A DNA stretch of 62,310 nt, filler included, from Globobulimina sp. (Eukaryota), in the NCBI GenBank assembly GCA_003354225.1. It is 31 parts of 31 records of this genome, joined end to end, with 100 filler letters (N's around TTAATTAATTAA, not from the genome) between each part and the next. Parts side by side here need not be neighbours in the genome. Positions count along the whole stretch, not along the records: positions 24,173 to 26,086 come from PIVH01010648.1; positions 26,187 to 28,100 come from PIVH01010649.1; positions 28,201 to 30,113 come from PIVH01010650.1; positions 30,214 to 32,126 come from PIVH01010651.1; positions 32,227 to 34,139 come from PIVH01010652.1; positions 34,240 to 36,152 come from PIVH01010653.1; positions 36,253 to 38,165 come from PIVH01010654.1; positions 38,266 to 40,178 come from PIVH01010655.1; 23 more parts are not named here. One strand, written 5' to 3'. Every line of letters begins with the position of its first letter. Position 1 is the first letter of the stretch. Shown piece after piece: positions 24,173-38,394 of this stretch. A program made the translations under genes and the position numbers. Under the pieces are notes generated by a model, which saw nothing but the letters and a program-made list of their open reading frames with translations, was not told the origin of the DNA and did no database searches.

Positions 24173-25846
24173 TCCACACGCCATGAAAGAGTCATCCAAT
24201 CCCCATCAGAAACGTCAACAAACGTATCTGACAGTGACGAGCCAAAAACACCCTTAATTATTAAACGCGAATACTCCTTATTTGTGGCAATCTGCTTCGC
24301 ATTAAATTATTCCATCGGAAGTGGTATTTTGGGTCTCCCGTTTGTATATTTTCAGTCTGGATATTTTTTAGGTTCCATATTATTAATTTATTTGGGCTTA
24401 TTGACGTATATCACGTATACATTTGTAATGGATGCAATGCAGAGGGCCCAGGCCATCACAATTTTATCCAAACGGTTTTCAATTTCAAAGCATGACTTAT
24501 TAAACAATCCACAAAATACAATCCGAGTTTTATCCGGAATATCCTCACAAACACTTACCTCATATTACGGTTTCCGTAAAAACGAGTATCAATTATCCGA
24601 ATTAATAGGTATGTTTTGTGGCAAATATTGGAAGTTATTTTATGATATTTCTTACTGTATCTCGATATTAATTGCGTTGTGGAGTTATTCCGCATTATTT
24701 GGCGTCTCTTTAGGTACCGTACTGTACAAATCCATGCACATATTTTGCACATATTATATACTGAAATGCAAATTCTTTAACTCTTAAGCTCGCAACATTG
24801 GCATCGCCGGCCTTTCGTCAGCGTGCGATATGACTATTGACGGCAACTCGCAATCTGGCTGTCGTGGATTGTATTCCTTGTACGTCTCAATCTTCTGCAT
24901 CTGGACAATTATCGTCTCGTTAATGGATTTTACGCAGCAACAATCCATCCAAATATTCGCTACCTTTGCTAGAATGGGCATCATAGTTTTAATGATCTTC
25001 ACGTCCGTCGGCCTCATTTATTCCGTGTGGTATTATGACGGCACCTATTCATTAAGCACGGCGTCGTCTGGCTATGCCTCCGGAACAAGTGCCTGGAAAT
25101 GGAACGGCATGGCCTATATGATAGCAGCCAGCGCCTTTGCTTACGGCAACCAATATTGTGTGACGGACATCATACAGCCGCTATCCATGCGGAATCGGAG
25201 CCAAAATCAGCACAAATTGTGGGGCTATTCTCTGATGATTTGTGTCGTGGCCTATCTGGCTTGCGGGGTGACCATATCTTTATATTTTGGAGAAAACACC
25301 GAAAGTCCGTGCACTTTGGCATGGATGGGATTTATGGGATTTGCCTATGCGGAGTCGCAGCCTATTTGGGCGGTGGTGGTGTCGTGGTTTATTGTGCTGT
25401 TTCCAGCCATCGACATTGGATCGGCGTATCCTTTGAATGCAGTGACTTTGGCAAATACGTTGGAGGCTGCAGTACGGGGTCAGAGTGCAACGGATGAGGT
25501 GGATGAGAGTGGCCGCATCTGTTCGCACAGCAAATGCAATGTGTTCTTTCGTATATTAATATGTAGCTTAACTGCAGTCTTTGCTTTGGTGGAGTGGAAT
25601 TTTGCGCTAATTTTATCAATTTCGGGCGCCTTTGGATTGTTGGCTATCTATGGCGGACCGTGCATTTTAGAGTGGAAATCGAGAGAAATGATGAAGGAGC
25701 TTACGAATTATACGGATGTCAATGTGTATCGCACGCCAACTACAAAGGGATGGACGTCACATAGATCGTGGATGTTTATAATATGTGGAACATCATTGGT
25801 TGCGTTTATTGCTATTTTTGTAGATATTATAGATTCTTATGCATGA
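24173..25846 (+). CDS. Amino acid transporter (Aa_trans/TMEM104-like); intron 24714-24788
   Basis: NYSIGSGILGLPF, FPAIDIGSAYPLNAVTLANTL, multiple TM helices. Confidence 0.88.
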
Positions 25847-26307
25847 AAAAAACTTATTTATTATGTACAATATAAAATATTATTTCCTAATTTTTTTGCC
25901 CCAAAAAGAATTTAATTTGTTTTGTCTTGTAATTTATTCTTTTTTTCATGTTTGCAAACCGTTTCTCAGATGATTGAAAAAAATGTATACAACTTATCGA
26001 CCAGAGGGGTACGTGGGGTTTTGTTAAACCGATATCTTTATTTGTTCAATAGTTTAAATTATTCTGGAGAAAAGTGTGAAAAAAAANNNNNNNNNNNNNN
26101 NNNNNNNNNNNNNNNNNNNNNNNNNNNNNNTTAATTAATTAANNNNNNNNNNNNNNNNNNNNNNNNNNNNNNNNNNNNNNNNNNNNCAATTTTATTTTTT
26201 TTGTTTTATGTTGTCTTTCTTTCTGTTTTTAGTTTAAGTTAATTGCAAAACGGATTATTTTTTTGGAGAAGTTTCTTAAAGTTTTGAAAAACAAAAACAA
26301 AACGTAA

Positions 26308-27096
26308 ATGAGTGAACAGCCGCTGGATGTCTTAATTGCACTCGGCGTTGCTTGTTTATTATTCTTTTCATTGTGCTGCTGTTGTGTACGAGTTTGCTAT
26401 GTGCGTTATCGGAGACTACGTAAAAGGGAAACAATTTCTAAACAGCAGAGATTGATACACGACAATAATACATCCAACGAGGTGCTACAGAATTTATTTA
26501 AAAAGCAACGTTTGTTGCATATAGAGAAAAAACACAAGGCAGAAGGTAAAAATATGAATCCTGAATCGTTTAAACAACCAAACATAACGATTACTAAGCA
26601 AGGATGGCTATTAATGAAATCCAAACAATCAGCATCATATAAAAAGAGATATTTTATGTTTGGTGGAGTTAAACAAATATTATGGCACTGTAATAATAAA
26701 ACAGATTCCTGTGTTAAGGACATCATTGAAATGAAATATGCTACGGATATAAACAAAACAGGTGAGTACAACTGGTTATTTTGGTGTACAGTATTTCAAT
26801 TGTAATATACAGCTGGCAATGAATATGAATTTAGTTTGATGATACATAATCAAAAATGGTTTTTTTTATGTGACATGAAGAAAGACAGAGACGATTGGTA
26901 TAATATATTAAATTCTTACTGTTTTTGTAAATATAATGATTTAATAGTTAATACGGAAGGATATAACAATGATAAGAATGGTTACAAACCAAAGCAGACA
27001 GCTGTGATTGTGGCAGAAACAAAACCACCCATTCCCTTTTCTGCCAATACCAATTTAATGAAAGATATTGAAAGAAGAGAGAAAGGAATCCAGTAA
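26308..27096 (+). CDS. N-terminally membrane-anchored PH-domain protein; intron 26762-26811
   Basis: KQGWLLMKS...YKKRYF...WFFLCDMKKDRDDWYNIL. Confidence 0.8.
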
Positions 27097-27362
27097 AGCA
27101 TTATCAAAGATAGTCATAGGTTTATTATTAATAATTATTGTATTGTTTTTGCATATGAATGCATATCATGATAAACTACTTATAGTATAATATAAATCAT
27201 ATCCAGGGACTTTTCAACCATAACACGACAAAATTCTCAGTTGGGTAAAATTCGTATGAAATTTTCTGCATATATAATTTTGGAAAATTTTAACGAACCA
27301 AAAATCTGCAATTATGCTATTTTTAGCAGATATGTTTGTGAATACGAAGTCTCTACAATGAG

Positions 27363-28100
27363 TCAAAATGGTTTGAAATTGAGTTGTTCTTCATTGTTAT
27401 TGTTGGTCTCAAAAGTACCTTTAGCACATTGCTTATGCCTTGTTATCCATATTGTAGTCATTGAATTTTGTAACCATCGTTTATCCCGAATTGGATCGAT
27501 ATGTTGCTTAAAATACGAAGAATCATATCTTAGCCAATGTTTTGGGATTAAGTTAGTAGCATTATGTTGTCCATATTTATTACCAATCTCAACTCGATCT
27601 GAATTATCAAATATAAGAATACCGCCATGCGGTTTAATCCAATCTAACATCCACTCAGTCGATGGATATCGCAATCTGCCATCCACTGAAAAATAGTCAA
27701 TTGTGCCTTTTTCCCATTTATGTCCACCAGGCGAATCTGCAAAACTGTTCGAGTAATCCAAATCGCAGTATCTTCTCCCTAAATGCTCCTGTAATACCAA
27801 TAAATTGTTAATATTCAATTGTTTTTGAATATTTTTCACTCCAATTTGCCATATTCGATCGTGTTCCATTGCAATAGTAAAATTTGTTAACATTGACAAC
27901 CAAAGTGAGGAAATGCCCGTTCCCCATTCAATACCAATCATATTTTTATTTAATAATTTCGAAATTATAAACACAGCATCTCTCGCCCACCACGGTTCGC
28001 AATGATTGCCAAATATAAATGGGACATAACTGGCATGTCTCCAACCTAGTTTTGCTACATTTGGACATATCATTGATTCCATATAATTACGACCTTTTAA
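27363..28100 (-). CDS. Class I SAM-dependent methyltransferase-like protein, 5'-truncated
   Basis: PWW..., IEWGTGISSLW, DYFSVDGR, KPHGGILIFDN. Confidence 0.75.
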   Translation of the reverse strand, partial: LKGRNYMESMICPNVAKLGWRHASYVPFIFGNHCEPWWARDAVFIISKLLNKNMIGIEWGTGISSLWLSMLTNFTIAMEHDRIWQIGVKNIQKQLNINNLLVLQEHLGRRYCDLDYSNSFADSPGGHKWEKGTIDYFSVDGRLRYPSTEWMLDWIKPHGGILIFDNSDRVEIGNKYGQHNATNLIPKHWLRYDSSYFKQHIDPIRDKRWLQNSMTTIWITRHKQCAKGTFETNNNNEEQLNFKPF

Positions 28101-28200
28101 NNNNNNNNNNNNNNNNNNNNNNNNNNNNNNNNNNNNNNNNNNNNTTAATTAATTAANNNNNNNNNNNNNNNNNNNNNNNNNNNNNNNNNNNNNNNNNNNN

Positions 28201-30113
28201 GCAAATCAATAATTGATTCAATTTGTTCATCAATAATTTGAGTCATATCCATTTTGTTCACATTTGTACTTTCAAATAATTCTATAAACTCTCTGAGCTG
28301 ATTCAAAATATATTTTCTATCCTCAACATCATCAACAATATGCGAGCCTATATCGCAGTTGGTATCATTGACGATGTCATTATAATGTTTGTGCCAAATA
28401 TGGACACAGCTACGGAACAGTTGTTGGTGTTGATGCTCTTTATTTTTTATATATGTATACACTATGTTTGCATTGTAATGAATGTAATTTATTTCAGAAA
28501 AGGATCCGGATAATTTCCATATGGCTCCATTCAGCATACTACATTGTTCAATATCACATTTACAGCGAACATTTATTTGATAAATCTCAATGTCGCTCGG
28601 CCTTAAAAATGTAGCATACTGCATATTATCGTCAGCGATTTTTGTAATGGAGTCGAATTTCGATGGCAAAACAATCCATTCACTCTCAAAATGTTTCGAG
28701 ATCCACGATACTTTGGCCGCTCTTAACTCGCCATCGTAAATAGATTTATACGCATTGTTAATGCTTAAAATAACACCATTATTGGACGCAAATTGTTTAG
28801 CCACTCCAAAACACTCTGAAAAGCTTGTAATTGTGTTTAATGACAACAGTTTGCAATCAAATGAAACATGAAAGATGCCATGAAACAATTTATTATGCAT
28901 AAAATCGCGATGATATATAAACTTTCTATAAAATGTATCATTTTTTTTATTTAATGTGTTGTGTATTTTATCTATGGCGGAGTATAAATGATGGAATAAT
29001 TTCCTCCAATGGCACGAGAATCCTTGTTCGCGGTGTGATTCCCTCATTTTTTTACAAAAGATACTATAATCGCAGTATAATATAATGCTAAATATCTCCG
29101 AATCGCTCAATTCCACGCCTAACTTTGCTATATTTTGATATTCGCTCTTTCCCCTTACCGCAGCAATTCTGATTGCTAAGTCATCTTTATCCAATATCTT
29201 TGACTTTAAATCCAGTCTTCCTGGCTCCATCAATTCGTTCTCGATGCTTTGTTTCTTATCCACTAATTGTGCCTTTATGCCAGCAAACTTTGGCGAATTT
29301 ATCATATTCTTAATTACATCCAATTGCTGCTGACGTTCAATGTTTTTCCTATTAAAATATTCGACAATCTCTTCAATCAATGAAGTCGTCGGTGACTTGC
29401 ATGTATAGTCTGCGATTTGTGTTAATATTGCCGAGTGATCCACGGACAGACTAAAAAATAATTGCTTCATTTTGTGAACCCATTCAGCGCCTTTTATAAT
29501 GCATCTGTTGTTATTAAGCGCATCGTATATTTGTTTATAAAATTTATTTTCATTGCATATTGCATTGTTTTTCATTAAATGAATCAGCAAATGTCTGGTT
29601 CCATTTTGATACAAACAGAATGCATTCTCAATAATTTCGTTTATATTCTCAAATGAATTCAAATCCTTTGCAATTAATAGAAATATAATAAATTCATTGG
29701 TAAGTTATAAAGGTAAAAAATATACAAAAGCCATTAACTTTATGATGAACATAATGTTCTATGATTTGAGACAGCTCCGAACCACAATCTCCATTACAGG
29801 CTTGCAACTCTTTAATTATAGGATAATTCTGAAACTTTTCCTCATCCTTTGCCTCATTGTCATTGTCATCATACATATTAATGCATACAAGACCCACACC
29901 ATCACTCTCACTCTCACTCTCAAGCTCAGAATATCGATAAATATCATCCATATCACTGCAAATTCTTTCATTATTAGTAACTTTATGTTCGTTATCCTTC
30001 AGAAGAGAGTACTTTGCATCATTTTCATTCTCATCATCAGAATATCCATAAATATCGATATCACTTTCATCACTCCAAATTCTTGCATTATTTGCATGTT
30101 TAATCTCTTCACG
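28201..30113 (-). CDS. Large protein with an ADP-ribosyltransferase-like domain; intron 29738-29666; truncated at both ends
   Basis: IILYCD helix, LFHG, TSFS..FGVAKQFA, VSWISKHFESEWIVLP. Confidence 0.65.
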
Positions 30114-30500
30114 NNNNNNNNNNNNNNNNNNNNNNNNNNNNNNNNNNNNNNNNNNNNTTAATTAATTAANNNNNNNNNNNNNNNNNNNNNNNNNNNNNNN
30201 NNNNNNNNNNNNNAGAGGATGATTTCTTTGTTTAAATGTTCGAAAAAAAAAACTGGAGGTAGAAAATGGAAATCTCCATGTGTATATATATTATCCTCGA
30301 TCATATATAAATAAATGGTCATATAAGGTCATATAATAATATATATATATTATTTTTGAGAATATATGTATATCTTATCGGGAACACTACTGTAATATTC
30401 TTAATTAATGTAATTTATATTTTAATAATTTATTTATACATTTATTTATATTTTTTTCTTGATAAATGACTAGAATTTCCAAAACTTTCTGGGTATTGCA

Positions 30501-32126
30501 ATGTCAGAGTTAAGTCAGTTAACAACTAAACTTGCATTTGCAAAGCAATCCTTTTTAAAATATTGGAATGCAAGTAGTGTATGGAAGAAATATTTATTTC
30601 GGAGCACAACCATATTATCCACATATTTATTATTAAGATATGGATATTTAGAAATACGGCATAAATATATATTAAAGTTACCACCCGGCCCAATTGGAAT
30701 AATACCATTTTTAAACAGTATACCAATGATGGTTAGCCACGGCATGCTTGAATTTTGGCAATATTCGTTATTGTCATATGGCCCCATTACAACGTCTACC
30801 GTCGGCTTTTATACCTCAATAATGATAAATGATGCAGTTATTGCAAATAACTTATTTTCTAAACCAGTCACAAGGGTCGATACAACGCAGCATCACACCG
30901 AATATCCCGATATCAACGGTTGGAGTGAAAAAAATAAAAATAGAAACATGTTTGGTCACAATTTCATGGTAATTAAAAATATAAAAACATTATTAAGTCA
31001 TAAATCGCTCACTTATCAACATTTAGATTTTGCAATTCATGCTTGTTTAAATGAATTAATATTTGATAATATAAATAAAGATGAAAATATTGCCATTGAT
31101 ATTGAGACAATGATTAAACCAATGCAATTTTCTATCATTTTATATACAATCAGCGGATTAAAAATACATTCATTGACTGATCCCGTTTGGATGCAATTTC
31201 ATGCATTACAGAAAAACACATTTATGGATATTATAAATGCCGTGAATCCCGATACATTGTTTGGAAAAAGTCCCAAGAAATGCGATGGAATGATCGATTA
31301 TAATGACACTGCCCAATATTATTCTTCTTTGTATAAATTATGTAAATTCGTCGATAAATTGATTGCAGAAAATCAGGATAAAATATTAGAAAATAAAAAT
31401 GCGTTTTATACGCAATTATTTAATGACAATTTCAATAATAATTCGTTTGATTCACCGAAGAATACATTGTATACAAGAAATGAATTAATGTTTGATATCG
31501 TTTCGATATTAAATGCAACTTTGGATACTATGAATAGTATCATTCATTCATTATTATTAAATATATGCAAATACCAAAAGATTCAACAATTAATTTATGC
31601 AGAATTAATGAATATATTTGTTGATAATAATAATAATAAATATGATTGCAAGATATTTCAAAAAGAGATTTATGAAAATAACAAATTAAATAATTTCCAG
31701 TCGTTTGTTTTTGAGATATTGAGATTATTCCAACCATCGCCTTTGATGTTTCCCAGAATTGCAAAAGAAAATATTGTAATTAATGAATATGTCATTCCAA
31801 AAGGATACCCATTCGTTCTTAATACAGTTGGAATACATTACAATTATAATTATTGGGGGGATAAAAACAAAAATATTAACGCAAACGAGTTATATTTGGA
31901 TAATTTTAAAGATTCAAATGGTACATTTAAGAGACATAATAATAATTTATTTACATTTGGAGCCGGACAAAGAATGTGTCCCGGAATGCAATTTGCGATC
32001 AAAGAAATTTATATTATATTTGCACATTTTTTGTTAAATTATAAGATGGAGTTTGATGCAAATCATTTCGATGTTAAAAACAAACAATTAAAAGACATTG
32101 AAATTAAAGCAACTTTAAAACCTGGA
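30501..32126 (+). CDS. Cytochrome P450, lacking the last few codons
   Basis: LPPGP hinge, EILR, FGAGQRMCPG heme motif. Confidence 0.95.
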
Positions 32127-32231
32127 NNNNNNNNNNNNNNNNNNNNNNNNNNNNNNNNNNNNNNNNNNNNTTAATTAATTAANNNNNNNNNNNNNNNNNN
32201 NNNNNNNNNNNNNNNNNNNNNNNNNNTGATA

Positions 32232-32266
<35 letters not shown>

Positions 32267-32414
32267 GTTTAGAAAAACAAATGCGAGTAAAAGTAAATGT
32301 AAATGTAAACAATATTAAATAAAACAAAAATCAATCAATTACATACTACATTCGGTGCATTTAGATTCATATCTGATTATCATTATGATTGATTGATAAA
32401 TATTATTATCATTC

Positions 32415-34005
32415 TCACTGATTATGATTACAATTGTTATTACTGTTTGTACCAAATACAGAGTTCATTGTATCCCTCGCGTTGTTGTATATATTGGACA
32501 TTTCTGGCATTTGTGCCATATTACCAAACCAGCGGGGCATTGGCGGCATGGGTGGCATTTGCGGCATATTCATAGCTGTTGGCGGAGGTGGCTGTGGTTG
32601 CCGTTGTGGTGGCTGATGATGTGAATGTGAATGTGAATGCACTGAGTAATTGTTGTAATTATTAATATTTATATTTGCCTCATTATACATACGTTGATTG
32701 TCATTATTACGCCGAGCGGACTGTGGCATTGCACCATAATTATCGCCATTGCGATCCAAGCCATTTCTATTTATATTCGTTGTATGTTGATGGTTATTAT
32801 AAACGTGCGAATACGTCGTATTTGGAGCAATATACTCATTATTATCATTCATTGCATTTACATCGATGCGATTGATGGAACTCCGCCGCAAATGGTCGCT
32901 ATTAAAAGAATACGCAGTGGGCCGCTGTGCCGCATCTTGCTTTATTTCATCATATCCGAACGCCGCATCTTTCTGTTCCACCGGCGGTGTTTGCGGCGGC
33001 TGCGGCTGCGGCGGTGAAAACTGTTGTTTTTCTAATTTTGGATCGTAGGCGTTTCCGTTGATAATATCCCTGTAATGTTTTTGTGTTCGCAGCACCAAAT
33101 TAATTAAATCTGATTTTTCAATACAATTAAATTCAGAGGATGAGGGGTCGATATTTTCCGACCGTAAATAGGATGATAACTCGCGGATTTTGAGTCGTTT
33201 CAATCCATCGTATGTGGTTGGGAATTCTTGTTCGGCCGTGTCTATATTTGCACTGTTTTTGGAAGGGCTGTGCTTTTTAAATTGCCCAGAAACTCCATAA
33301 ATCGATTCAAATTTGATAATGGCTGAAATATATTCCATTTTCTCGATGAATTGTTTGTAGTTAAAATCTTGGCGAAGTTCGTCATCGGTCAATTTGTTGC
33401 GATTTAATTTGATGTATTCTTGCAATATTTTCCTCAAACGGCCGACGCTCATCGTCGACAGTTCCGCTTTGGATAAATTACCAATCTCTGAGACATTTGC
33501 GTTTTTAGCAGAGGCTTTGTCTGATTTCGACGCTTTTTTACAATATTTGGCTTTATGCGTATGCCACATTGAATATTTGCCTGTGAGTTTGGGTGTGTTT
33601 GTGTCGATATCCTTGCACTTAATAATGAAATAAATACAACACACCTTCCCATCCACAACGCAATGAGTCAATCTCTGAGCAATACACAATTTGCTGTGAT
33701 AGGAAGTTTCTTGCATTGGTTGCAGGCGTTATCGGCAGTATTGACTTTCTGCAATTTGGACATTCGCAATTAGTACCGTTTGCATCTTGTAATTGTTGAA
33801 TGCATTCGCTACAAAATAAATGGTCACATTGAGTTATTATTGCTGTTTCAGCAACGTCCTATTTCAATTGTGTACGTTATATTTTGCAGTGTATTACAAA
33901 TGAAATGATAAATGCATCGTCGTTTTATACCAAGCAAATGGAGCAGAACAGTCTGATCGGGAGTTTGTCAGATTCGACAAACAGTTCTTCAGCGATACCA
34001 GGCAT
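32415..34005 (-). CDS. RING-HC plus TRAF-like zinc finger plus two SAP-like repeats (probable E3 ligase); introns 33930-33859 and 33644-33581
   Basis: Spliced CSICL|DVAE..CDHLFCSEC..CPNC; VYC..CGWEG|KY..H..C; MSVGRLRKIL and LKIRELSSYL..CIEKSDLI. Confidence 0.78.
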
Positions 34006-34239
34006 GTTAGACACACAAACTTTCAAATAAAACTTTTTATATAATAACTCTTGCTTTGATTCATATTTTAAGTCTACACAAATAACACAATACCATATAC
34101 AAAATGGTGGGATACAAAGTTAAATTCGAACGCGAACAANNNNNNNNNNNNNNNNNNNNNNNNNNNNNNNNNNNNNNNNNNNNTTAATTAATTAANNNNN
34201 NNNNNNNNNNNNNNNNNNNNNNNNNNNNNNNNNNNNNNN

Positions 34240-34586
34240 ATATGATAAAGCAATTTAAATTTAGTATACATAGAAATAACTCATTGACAATCATTGTTCC
34301 GTGGGGTGAGTATGGTGCATATGGCGCACAATATGAATATTATAAAGATAATGAACCACCAAAGGACACTGATATTGAAATAAAATTTGGCAAACCATCC
34401 CCACCAAAGACTGTTATAGATACAATTGGTGCGGGCGACACATTCAACGCGGCAGTTTTATATTTTATAACACAACATGGGATTTGCAATTATGATTTAC
34501 AACAATGTCTACAATTTGCATGCCGTGTTGCGGGACATAAGGTTGGTCATCACGGGTTTGAATGTGTGCGAACTTTATATTTGTGA
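34240..34586 (+). CDS. PfkB-family carbohydrate kinase (ketohexokinase-like), 3' part
   Basis: DTIGAGDTFNAA. Confidence 0.88.
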
Positions 34587-34677
34587 TATATCCGTCAGGC
34601 CGCATTTGAAAGTTCACATTTTAACTAAATCATTTTGCTTTTACAGTCTGAAGTTTTGAAAAACTTGAAAGAGAACA

Positions 34678-35894
34678 ATGTCGTGTTTAGTCAGCCTAAC
34701 ATTATGTGCCGTTTTGCTACGCTTCGCAGCCTCATGTGGTGAAAAAAAAACATTTGGCGCAGGCCATATACTCGATATAATGTTAGATTCGGAAGAATCG
34801 CAAGAATTGATATTAAAAATCAATAATGGCGTATATGAGTATTGCCGTACTTTAGATTTACAAAGCAGTGCCTTCTCATTTGAAGAAATTTCATGCAAAA
34901 ATAATATTCGCGCCTGGTCCACATTTGAAGATTATGACATTGAGATATCATTTGTTGATGAGGAGGCGGATACATTTCGAGACTTAAACGAAACGGAGCA
35001 ATTTGATTACATTGAAAGCACAGACGATACCGATTTATTTGTCAGCATTGAAGGTAGCAATGATACAATCTCATTAAATGACACCTTCATTCATCCATTT
35101 TATTACTCATATTTTTATTCGCCTGCAATGAAAACATTATTTATCTTCACTGCGGATAAAAATGATTCGCTCGGCTTATCCCTTGCTTTCACGAAAATTA
35201 ATTTAATTACAATTAGTTGGAACCCCTCTGGCTCAGAAACGGAAACATACCCTCTCACTGTGGCCGATTTTCGAGTAGGACAACAAATGGATATCACACA
35301 AAATTACTTTGTAAATGAAGCCGCAGCGCCTTCATTGGAATTGTTGTTAGGTATGGTACATAATCCTATATTTTCTGCGCTGCCCCACCTCATTTTGTGT
35401 TTGCTCATATTTGTCATACTGCAGATGGGCAAAAATGGACCACCTACGATGATGTGGACATGTTTATGGTGCGCGTGAATTCAGTCATTGATGAATGCGA
35501 CGATGCAGAATGGTTACGATATGAACACGTGCCAAATGTGTACGATGTCACTGACTTTAATGGCAGCGGTGGGTTCGAGTTCGATTATGCACGCAAAGGC
35601 TACGTGGGAGTGGATACTCGGATAAGTCGCGCATATGGCTTCACGGCGCATAGTGTGTGGTATTATGAAGTGGATGATGACAGATTTGGTGCATTCAGAT
35701 TCAAAGATTTTGAGTTTTTACATTCAGAATTATCCTCATATTGGGCGGTGATGTGGTTCGGCGTTGTCTTGTTATTGTTATGTTGCTGTTGTTGGACCAT
35801 TTATTGTTGTAAGAAAAAGAAAGATAAACGGCGAAGAGCTGAGGAGGTCTTTGGTATGACGCCCGAACAGGAAATGATGACAACCGCAGTGTAG
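34678..35894 (+). CDS. Type I membrane protein, unknown function; intron about 35351-35423
   Basis: Signal peptide; C-terminal TM followed by CCCC/KKKK. Confidence 0.65.
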
Positions 35895-36252
35895 TAATTA
35901 TATAATCAGAACAAACAAAATTAAATCAAAGCTTGTTACTTTTTTAGTGTTGAAATTTAAAATCTTTTCCAAGTAAAGAATGAATGTATTTTGTTTCCTG
36001 AGATTTAGTAGATTTAGAAATTTTGGGTCACGATTTGTGTTTGTCTTCGAGTGTTTGTTTTTATTATTTTTTTGTTATACAAAAAACCAAATTATTAATT
36101 TTAAAATTTTGCATGCTGTGCTTTTCAATATCCATTCAAAAATGGATTTTTTNNNNNNNNNNNNNNNNNNNNNNNNNNNNNNNNNNNNNNNNNNNNTTAA
36201 TTAATTAANNNNNNNNNNNNNNNNNNNNNNNNNNNNNNNNNNNNNNNNNNNN

Positions 36253-36921
36253 AATTCAAGCTATTGTTATTCAGGCGATTGTTATAGTTTTTATCAATAC
36301 GACTATGATTCAGCACAAACAGGTGGTGATTTTACTGCATTTATCGAATCGCCGGTAGGTGCCATAAATACGGCTAATTATCATCATATTAACATTGTGT
36401 ATGCTGTGATGGCAATTTCCGCGAATCCCAATGGCAACACTCCCATTGATGCAAATGTAACGTGTGCTTCCATGTACTCTGTAGACGATGGCCTAAATTG
36501 GACACCGATATTTGAATCATACCCTGTGGATATAAGTGGCGATCAGGAACAACATCAAATTGTAAGGGCAGCCCTCGGGGAGGATGCCGATGATGCTACA
36601 TATCTTTCCATTGAGTTGTCCCAATACAACCAGGTCACGGCAATGTCTTTTGACTATTGCTTTTTTGATGAAATAAGGATATGTGGCACCCCAATTACAT
36701 CGCCTCCATCGTATGTATAGTATATCTAATCTGATTGTTAATATATATGATATCTAATTATTCACTACAAATATAGAGCAGCTCCAACAGCACCAAGTGC
36801 ATCGCCAACTGCTCCGAGCGCAGTACCAACCCAATCACCATCAACCACTATGGGTGATGATGGCGAGCGCATTGGAATCATTGCAAGTATTATTGTTGGC
36901 GTATTATGTATTTTCATTTGA
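36253..36921 (+). CDS. 3' end of a cell-surface protein with a PT/PS mucin-like stalk and C-terminal hydrophobic anchor; intron about 36711-36776
   Basis: SVDDGLNW Asp-box-like motif; APTAPSASPTAPSAVPTQSPS; IGIIASIIVGVLCIFI. Confidence 0.6.
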
Positions 36922-37233
36922 CATTCGATCGATAAAAAAAAATTGTTATTTTGTTTTTTGTTTGTGTTTGTGTGGTTTTTGCTACAATTTATGTTTATGA
37001 CAGTTTTATGTTGATAAAGATCGATGCGAATTAGCGAGTTTTTACGGAGTAAGTTAGTCAAAACATAATACTATCCAAGTATTCTTGAAGTAACTCACTA
37101 AAAATAAAAAATCTCAACCTCAAGAATACCATGTCACCAAATGCGACACGTTGCGCTTAAAAATCCAGTCAAACCTGCACAAATCAACTGATCGAAGCCC
37201 CCAAACTAGCATAAGCGCACTCCATCCATCCGT

Positions 37234-38165
37234 ATGGCTGATAACGAAGCAAGCGAAGCACAAACAGTTCAGCCAAATGGCCACAAAGAAACCGATCCTT
37301 CCAACACTGACGAGAATGGGGCAGTAACCAACGACGGGGACAAAACCCCCGAATCCAGTGAATCAACGCCAGATAGCTTATCTATGGATGAACCACTATC
37401 CAATGGTACAAAATCCTCACTCTCTAATCAAAAACATGGGAAAAACGATGACAACAAACAAGCCCAAGCCACTCAAAAAGCGCCCCAACAAAAACAAAGC
37501 CAGACCGAAGTCGACGTAGTCATCGCCAAATTACGTTCGCTTAAACGCAGCGTCAACCGCGGCTGCATAAGTTACATATTCCCAAAACGGCGCGCCTCTG
37601 TCCCGTCACACTGTCCCTCCATACGCATTACACAGACATCTCAGCCGAAGCCGTGGAGAAAGTGTGCCTCCAAACCCGCGCCATCTTCGTGTCCGAGTCA
37701 GCCTTGTTGGAGATCGACGCGCCGATGAAGATAGTCGGCGATATCCATGGCCAGTTCTTCGACTTGTTGCGGCTCTTCGAGTTGGGCGGCTATCCCAACG
37801 AAGTGGACTCGCGCTACATTTTCTTAGGTGATTACGTGGACCGCGGCAGCCATTCCCTGGAGGTGATCCTGTTGCTGTTCGCCTACAAAATCAAGTACGC
37901 GCACGATTTTTATTTGTTGCGCGGCAACCACGAATGCGGATCCATCAACCGCATCTATGGCTTTTTCGACGAGTGCAAGAGGCGCTATCCCGACGGCGGC
38001 ATCCATTTATGGAAGACCTTCACCGACGTCTTCAATTACTTGCCGGTGGCCGCCATCATCGACGAGAAGATCTTCTGTATGCACGGCGGGCTCTCGCCGC
38101 AAGTGATGAAGCGGCAGTCGTTGCAGCAGATCGCAAACATAAAGCGCCCCACAGACGTGCCGGAC
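37234..38165 (+). CDS. PP1-like Ser/Thr phosphatase with an N-terminal extension, 3'-truncated; intron 37571-37635
   Basis: GDIHGQ, GDYVDRG, LRGNHE, HGGLSP. Confidence 0.95.
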
Positions 38166-38394
38166 NNNNNNNNNNNNNNNNNNNNNNNNNNNNNNNNNNN
38201 NNNNNNNNNTTAATTAATTAANNNNNNNNNNNNNNNNNNNNNNNNNNNNNNNNNNNNNNNNNNNNATGCATATATTTAAAATATGTCATAAACGGAGGAA
38301 TATTGTGTTGCATGATTATGCTTAAAATATCGTGGTAGTAATTAACGAAAATGAGTGTAACAATAAATTGAATAAAATAGATAAAAAATACGAT

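Noticed and set aside
32232-32266. (TA)n tract, and (AGATAA)n near 780-802
   Set aside because: Ordinary microsatellites
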